NCBI GenBank assembly: GCA_041751895.1
Contig: JBGSID010000048.1
Span: forward strand, 68,403-132,402
Reading direction: 5' to 3'
Origin: Lysobacteraceae bacterium
GTDB lineage: Bacteria; Pseudomonadota; Gammaproteobacteria; Xanthomonadales; Xanthomonadaceae
Length of the DNA: 64,000 nt
The position numbers and the translations under genes are program-made. The notes beneath the pieces are model-generated. The model was not told the DNA's origin. It searched no databases and was given only the letters and a program-made list of their open reading frames with translations. This document shows, piece after piece, positions 61,401 through 64,000 of the stretch (within the stretch, counting starts at the first letter, position 1; every line of letters begins with the position of its first letter).

Positions 61401-64000
61401 TGCTGCTGGTGGGTCTCTATGACCCGACTTACCGCGACGGCATCTGGGACACCTCCTGGATCGGTTTCGAGCGCTCGCTGCGGGTGGTGATGCCGGACCT
61501 GAAAGTGTCGCTGCTCTACACCGATGACCGCACCAATACCGGACCTCACGTGCTTGAGGCACTGCAGACGGGTGGAATCGTCGCGTACCGGGAAGACAAG
61601 CGGTATGTGCTGTCGCTGGACAGCGTGACATCCACGGCACGCACGCAGCCGCCTCGGTTCAAACAGCACGGGCATTACCTCATTACCGGTGGCTGCGGCG
61701 CCCTCGGCGGCCTGTTCGCGCGCTTCCTTGCGGAGACCTGCCAGGCCCATCTGGTCCTGATGGGCCGTCGCCCGCATTCGGACGACATCGAACAGCAGTT
61801 GGTGGCCTTGCGCAGTGCGGGTGCCCGGTCTGTTGAGTACGTCAGTCTCGACATCACCGACGCGTCCGCAGTCGCTGCCTGGGCGCGCACGCTGCCCGGC
61901 ACATTGACGGGCGTGATCCACGCTGCCGGCATTTCTCAGGCGCGTCCATTCCATGAAAAGACCGAGGCCGACATTGATGCGATCCTCGGACCGAAGACGA
62001 CCGGATCGCTGATTCTGGACGACGCCCTGCGCGATCAGCCGCTGGACCTCGTCTGCTATTTCTCGTCGTCGTCTGCAATTCTCGGCGACGCTGGCGCCTG
62101 CGACTACGCCATCGCCAACCGGTTCCTGATGGACTACGGCCGCTATCGCACGCACGCCGGTCTGCCGGGAAAAACGGTCGTGATCAACTGGCCGCTGTGG
62201 GAAAAGACCGCAACCGGTCAGGCAGGCATGGGGCCGGAAAGCGCCGCACAGACGGCTTTCTATCTGAAGAGCAGCGGGCAGTCGGCGTTGTCGGGCCGTG
62301 ATGGTCTGAGCATCTGGCAGGGATTGTTGGCCGAAGATCGCACCCAGACGCTCGTCATGTACGGACAGCCGGCGAGAATCACGTCTTTTCTTGGTCGCCT
62401 GTACGGCGTGCCGGAAACGATGCCGGCACCTGTGCCAGCGATTCCGGCGGTTGTGTCGTCGTCGTCCGGCGATTGGCGCGCCCGGCTGCGCGATGACGTG
62501 CGGCATGTGGTCGCCCAGACCATGGAATTGCCATTGGAGCGTCTTAACGACGAAACAAATCTCGTCGACTATGGCTTCGATTCGATCAGCCTGACCACGT
62601 TGGCAAAGAATCTTGAATCGCAGTTGTCGATCGAAGTCACGCCCGCCCTGTTCTTCAATCGATCGAACGTGCAAGGCCTGATCGAACACTTCGCGTCGGA
62701 GCATGCGTTGCATTTCGAACAGCAGTACAGCCCGGGTCCGGTGTCGTCGAGCCCGACCACGGTCGCGTCCACGATGGACACGGGCGCTGCTGCGCACGTG
62801 GTCGCGCCGGCAGTGACGCCTTCCGCACGCGTGTCGGAGATGCCGGTCACGCAGCGCTTGCCTGTTGCACACGGTCAGAGCGAGGGTGTCTCTCCCGTCG
62901 CCATCGTCGGCATGTCAGGGCGTTTCCCCAAGGCCACCGATGTGGGCGAGCTGTGGGATCTGCTGGCGGCGGGACGTGACGGCATCGACGATGTGCCGCC
63001 GTCGCGCTGGAACTGGCGCGACTATTTCACCGCCGAAGGGCATCGCGACAACATCATCAATGCCAAGCGCGGCGGTTTTGTTGAGGGCATGGACACCTTC
63101 GATCCGTTGTTCTTCGAGGTGTCACCTGTCGAAGCCGAGGAAATGGATCCTTCCGAGCGCTTGCTGCTGATGGAAGCGTATCGAGCCATTGAAGATGCGG
63201 GCATCGCGCCGGCATCGCTGCGTGGTCGCAGCGTCGGTGTGTTCGTCGGCATGGAGGAAAGCCAGTACAGCCTCGTGACCGACTCGCCCGGCGTCACCAC
63301 GCTGGGTGCGGCCATGATCTCGTCGCGTCTGTCGTATTTCCTCGATCTGCGTGGGCAGGCACTCGCCACGAACACGGCATGTTCTTCCGGCCTGGTTGCC
63401 CTGCATCAAGCCGTGGGCAGCATCCAACAGGGTGAGTGCGAGGCGGCTCTGGTCGCCAGCGTCGCACTGAGTCTGTCGCCCAAGCCATGGGTGAAGATGA
63501 GCGAAGCCGGGATGATCTCCCCTGACGGCCTGTGTCGCAGCTTCTCGAAGCATGCCGATGGCATCAGCATCGGCGAGGCGGCTGTGGCGGTCGTGCTGAT
63601 GCCCCTGCAGTCAGCGCTCGAACAGGGCCTGCCGGTGTATGGCGTGATCCGTGGCAGCGGCATCAATTTCGACGGCAAGACCAATGGCGTCACCGCGCCG
63701 AACGGCGCTGCACAGGAACAGTTGATCGAGACGGTGTACACCCGTCATGGCATCGACGTGCGCGATGTATCCCACGTGGTGGCGCACGGCACGGGAACGC
63801 GTCTGGGCGACCCCGTCGAACTCAATGCTCTGCACAACGCGTTCAAGACACTGACGAAGCGTCACAGCCAAGAGGACGGTGTGTCGCCGTTGCCTTGTGC
63901 CGTCACCAGCGTCAAGAGCAACCTCGGCCATACCATGGCCGCATCCGGCCTGGTCAGCCTCGTCGCACTCCTGCAGGGCATCGCGCATCGTCAGATTCCG
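55403..64000 (+). CDS. trans-AT PKS, 3'-truncated: ECH-ECH-ECH-ACP-ACP-ACP-KS-KR-ACP-KS...
   Basis: Absent from the ORF track, consistent with no stop in the window. Frame checked at ATG 55403, 59222 and 63962. Motifs: RVILEDQGQGIL, TYFCSGG, GLDSITGVTW x3, KS DTACS/HGTGT, KR DYAIAN, ACP GFDS, KS NTACS/HGTGT. Confidence 0.88.
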   Translation, partial: MTVLPPTHRNTLPSPSRVILEDQGQGILSIRLVRDDSAAAVGSDAITLLQDALKAAAARDSLKVVLLAGLDDVFSGGDRALGNAVIDRGLTEALAGFAYPLIAEMSGDGVGPALLLAGLCDVMVCSESAHYGWSADNAGSNFPSPAEYDLAEARFGAVLAAELLTGAQVQTGLALRDKGWCCPVVPEGEVAAHARALAAQLANKSQDSLRLLKQHLARPLHDRSRALVCCNLESMAATPATLPKTLGKHVALRDQDGQILVLTLRRGGKKHDTRAMAQELQATFERSEIRSGYRAIVIASEYPGFLPEADASVADDELHELMQALLTAPLPVVAMAGAALEGKAWLAVQCCDAVVYQDDGRYDASTLLSSSASAGRAALLFALRLGGEAAREILMTGASWSGVQLLARSPVQVSVPRAKATDAALLRAHGWTRWPHAAVLLWKSARAKTLNDAFAAQAHGIDVLPDAAAPSTQDAQANSPLDIALDSTVVSATLHPGGIVEVVMHDRASKNMMSPALVEGMAEAFAYIAATPACKAVVLTGYDTYFCSGGTKDALRAIQEGSVIFTDDRTFRLPLDCTVPVIAAMQGHGIGAGLSLGLYCDFPLLSEESHYVSPYMGYGFTPGVGATLIVPERFGQDLARETLLTACEYEGCAVQARGVPLAVLERKQVRDAAMSLARRLARQPKSGLALMKSYLNQSLRDRLDTICEQEVAMHAATFVGRADTLAQIEAVFGRGEEGKARPVTAPAAVATSEVSLYSVRHTLMHMLAKELHLEDDEIDVEMQYTDLGLDSITGVTWIRKVNEHYGLSLDATIVYTYPTVSKLAQHVKTLIESRDAEQATPDLAELQTAKLRAFGQGDTAAHTASKAPVIVLAEVDTTTSPAVAASGKVSLSSLSEPVLSPSPVSTPTISQQVVSQQTVSLSSIAPPSGAQPTISPTTHAQVAISLSSIRSTLTHLLARELHLEDDETDPEMQYTDLGLDSITGVTWIRKVNEHYGLSLDATIVYTYPTVSKLAQHVKTLVESRDAEQATPDLAELQTRKLRAFGSGETAGHVAGKAPVIVLAEMDTAASSASTANSQESQTPVPVSSASLSSIQETLARLLARELHLEISEVDPETQYTDLGLDSITGVTWMRKVNEHYGLSLDATIVYTYPTLSKLAQHVKTLVDTRDLEHATPDLAELQTRKLRSFRDEDVAVQGNRIVLAETGGMPVVAVPTPTPEPARTMLVSLSQTTDMAVRETSAAADAPFRQLMSWRQGPTAQSGTEMIRTAAPSVPEDIAVIGMAGQFPMARDLETFWQNLQSGLNCIQEVLPERWDVYAHYQPGQPAEGKTNSKWLGQLEDYDRFDPLFFNISPAEARAMDPQQRMFLEACWHSIEHAGYDPKTLAGSRCGVFVGAAGNDYSQLSRKIAQSAYGFTGNACSILAGRIAYFLDLQGPCITLDTACSASLVAIATACDSLSAGNSDIALAGGVYVGAGPSLHIMTAQSGMLSQDGRCHTFDHRANGFVPGEAVGVVMLKRLSDAERDGDIIHAVVRGWGVNQDGRTNGITAPNPASQTRLMQDVYRRHRIDPAEIQLIEAHGTGTPLGDPIEIRGLIDAFGKTTSTTPYCALGSVKDSIGHCLTAAGVSAFIKAVLALEHRQLPPMSHFERLNEHIRLEGSPFYVNTSLQDWVPRDGARRHVAVSAFGYSGTNAHIVLGEYTGQPRKSAVQLPPAFIVPLSAKAPAQLMEVARALLMFIQRDGDVALSELAYTLQVGRTPMEERLGFVVVSMAQLAERLQAYLAGQRDLPDFSAGQVQKNRESLSLIDQDEEFKDALLERWMEQKKYPQLLKLWAKGMTLDWNRLYGTEKPRRITLPTYPFARERYWIDEPDAVQGTVSVATSLAATPATAAPVREEAPVRLLFEERWVIDDGGAHAARHIEDHPRDVILIASADTGWTLPGASRIDAVSGLVAAVDRAYALSGRPVSVVCATARGRQRDGIHVLFDLFKQVKACADRVSDVLLVGLYDPTYRDGIWDTSWIGFERSLRVVMPDLKVSLLYTDDRTNTGPHVLEALQTGGIVAYREDKRYVLSLDSVTSTARTQPPRFKQHGHYLITGGCGALGGLFARFLAETCQAHLVLMGRRPHSDDIEQQLVALRSAGARSVEYVSLDITDASAVAAWARTLPGTLTGVIHAAGISQARPFHEKTEADIDAILGPKTTGSLILDDALRDQPLDLVCYFSSSSAILGDAGACDYAIANRFLMDYGRYRTHAGLPGKTVVINWPLWEKTATGQAGMGPESAAQTAFYLKSSGQSALSGRDGLSIWQGLLAEDRTQTLVMYGQPARITSFLGRLYGVPETMPAPVPAIPAVVSSSSGDWRARLRDDVRHVVAQTMELPLERLNDETNLVDYGFDSISLTTLAKNLESQLSIEVTPALFFNRSNVQGLIEHFASEHALHFEQQYSPGPVSSSPTTVASTMDTGAAAHVVAPAVTPSARVSEMPVTQRLPVAHGQSEGVSPVAIVGMSGRFPKATDVGELWDLLAAGRDGIDDVPPSRWNWRDYFTAEGHRDNIINAKRGGFVEGMDTFDPLFFEVSPVEAEEMDPSERLLLMEAYRAIEDAGIAPASLRGRSVGVFVGMEESQYSLVTDSPGVTTLGAAMISSRLSYFLDLRGQALATNTACSSGLVALHQAVGSIQQGECEAALVASVALSLSPKPWVKMSEAGMISPDGLCRSFSKHADGISIGEAAVAVVLMPLQSALEQGLPVYGVIRGSGINFDGKTNGVTAPNGAAQEQLIETVYTRHGIDVRDVSHVVAHGTGTRLGDPVELNALHNAFKTLTKRHSQEDGVSPLPCAVTSVKSNLGHTMAASGLVSLVALLQGIAHRQIP
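57670..58975 (+). repeat. Three related ACP-plus-tail coding repeats
   Basis: Three ~300-nt copies encoding ELHLE.....QYTDLGLDSITGVTW.RKVNEHYGLSLDATIVYTYPT.SKLAQHVKTL...ATPDLAELQT.KLR. Confidence 0.85.

Overview
GC-rich bacterial DNA (proteobacterial-looking) in three blocks. (1) 1-11197: the 3' half of a type VI secretion locus: two pentapeptide-repeat genes, DUF3540, a DUF4150 PAAR-like gene, tssJ, tssK, tssL, tssM and tssA. The accessory gene order resembles Burkholderia T6SS-5. (2) 11301-15215: four co-oriented orphan genes: a basic 3x-repeat protein, a degenerate MidA/NDUFAF7-like methyltransferase, a basic His-rich protein, and an RGG-box protein with an OTT_1508-type deaminase motif set. 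No immunity genes are evident. (3) 15353-64000: a large trans-AT polyketide cluster. A leftward operon encodes a PksD/PedC-type acyl hydrolase and a TPR + tandem PRMT7/9-like methyltransferase. The rightward genes encode an outer-membrane protein, an unusual terminal PKS (ACP-DUF2156-PLP lyase-KS-ACP-reductase, leinamycin DUF-SH-like), lipid-handling tailoring genes, and three large PKSs. The last two PKSs each start with a triple enoyl-CoA hydratase and together carry three consecutive beta-branching ACP clusters; the last PKS runs off the window. Best novelty candidates are the possibly sulfur-inserting, reductively released, multiply beta-branched PKS, and the RGG-deaminase lying between two arginine-methyltransferase-like genes. 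All calls come from manual motif reading without database searches, and internal domain coordinates are approximate.
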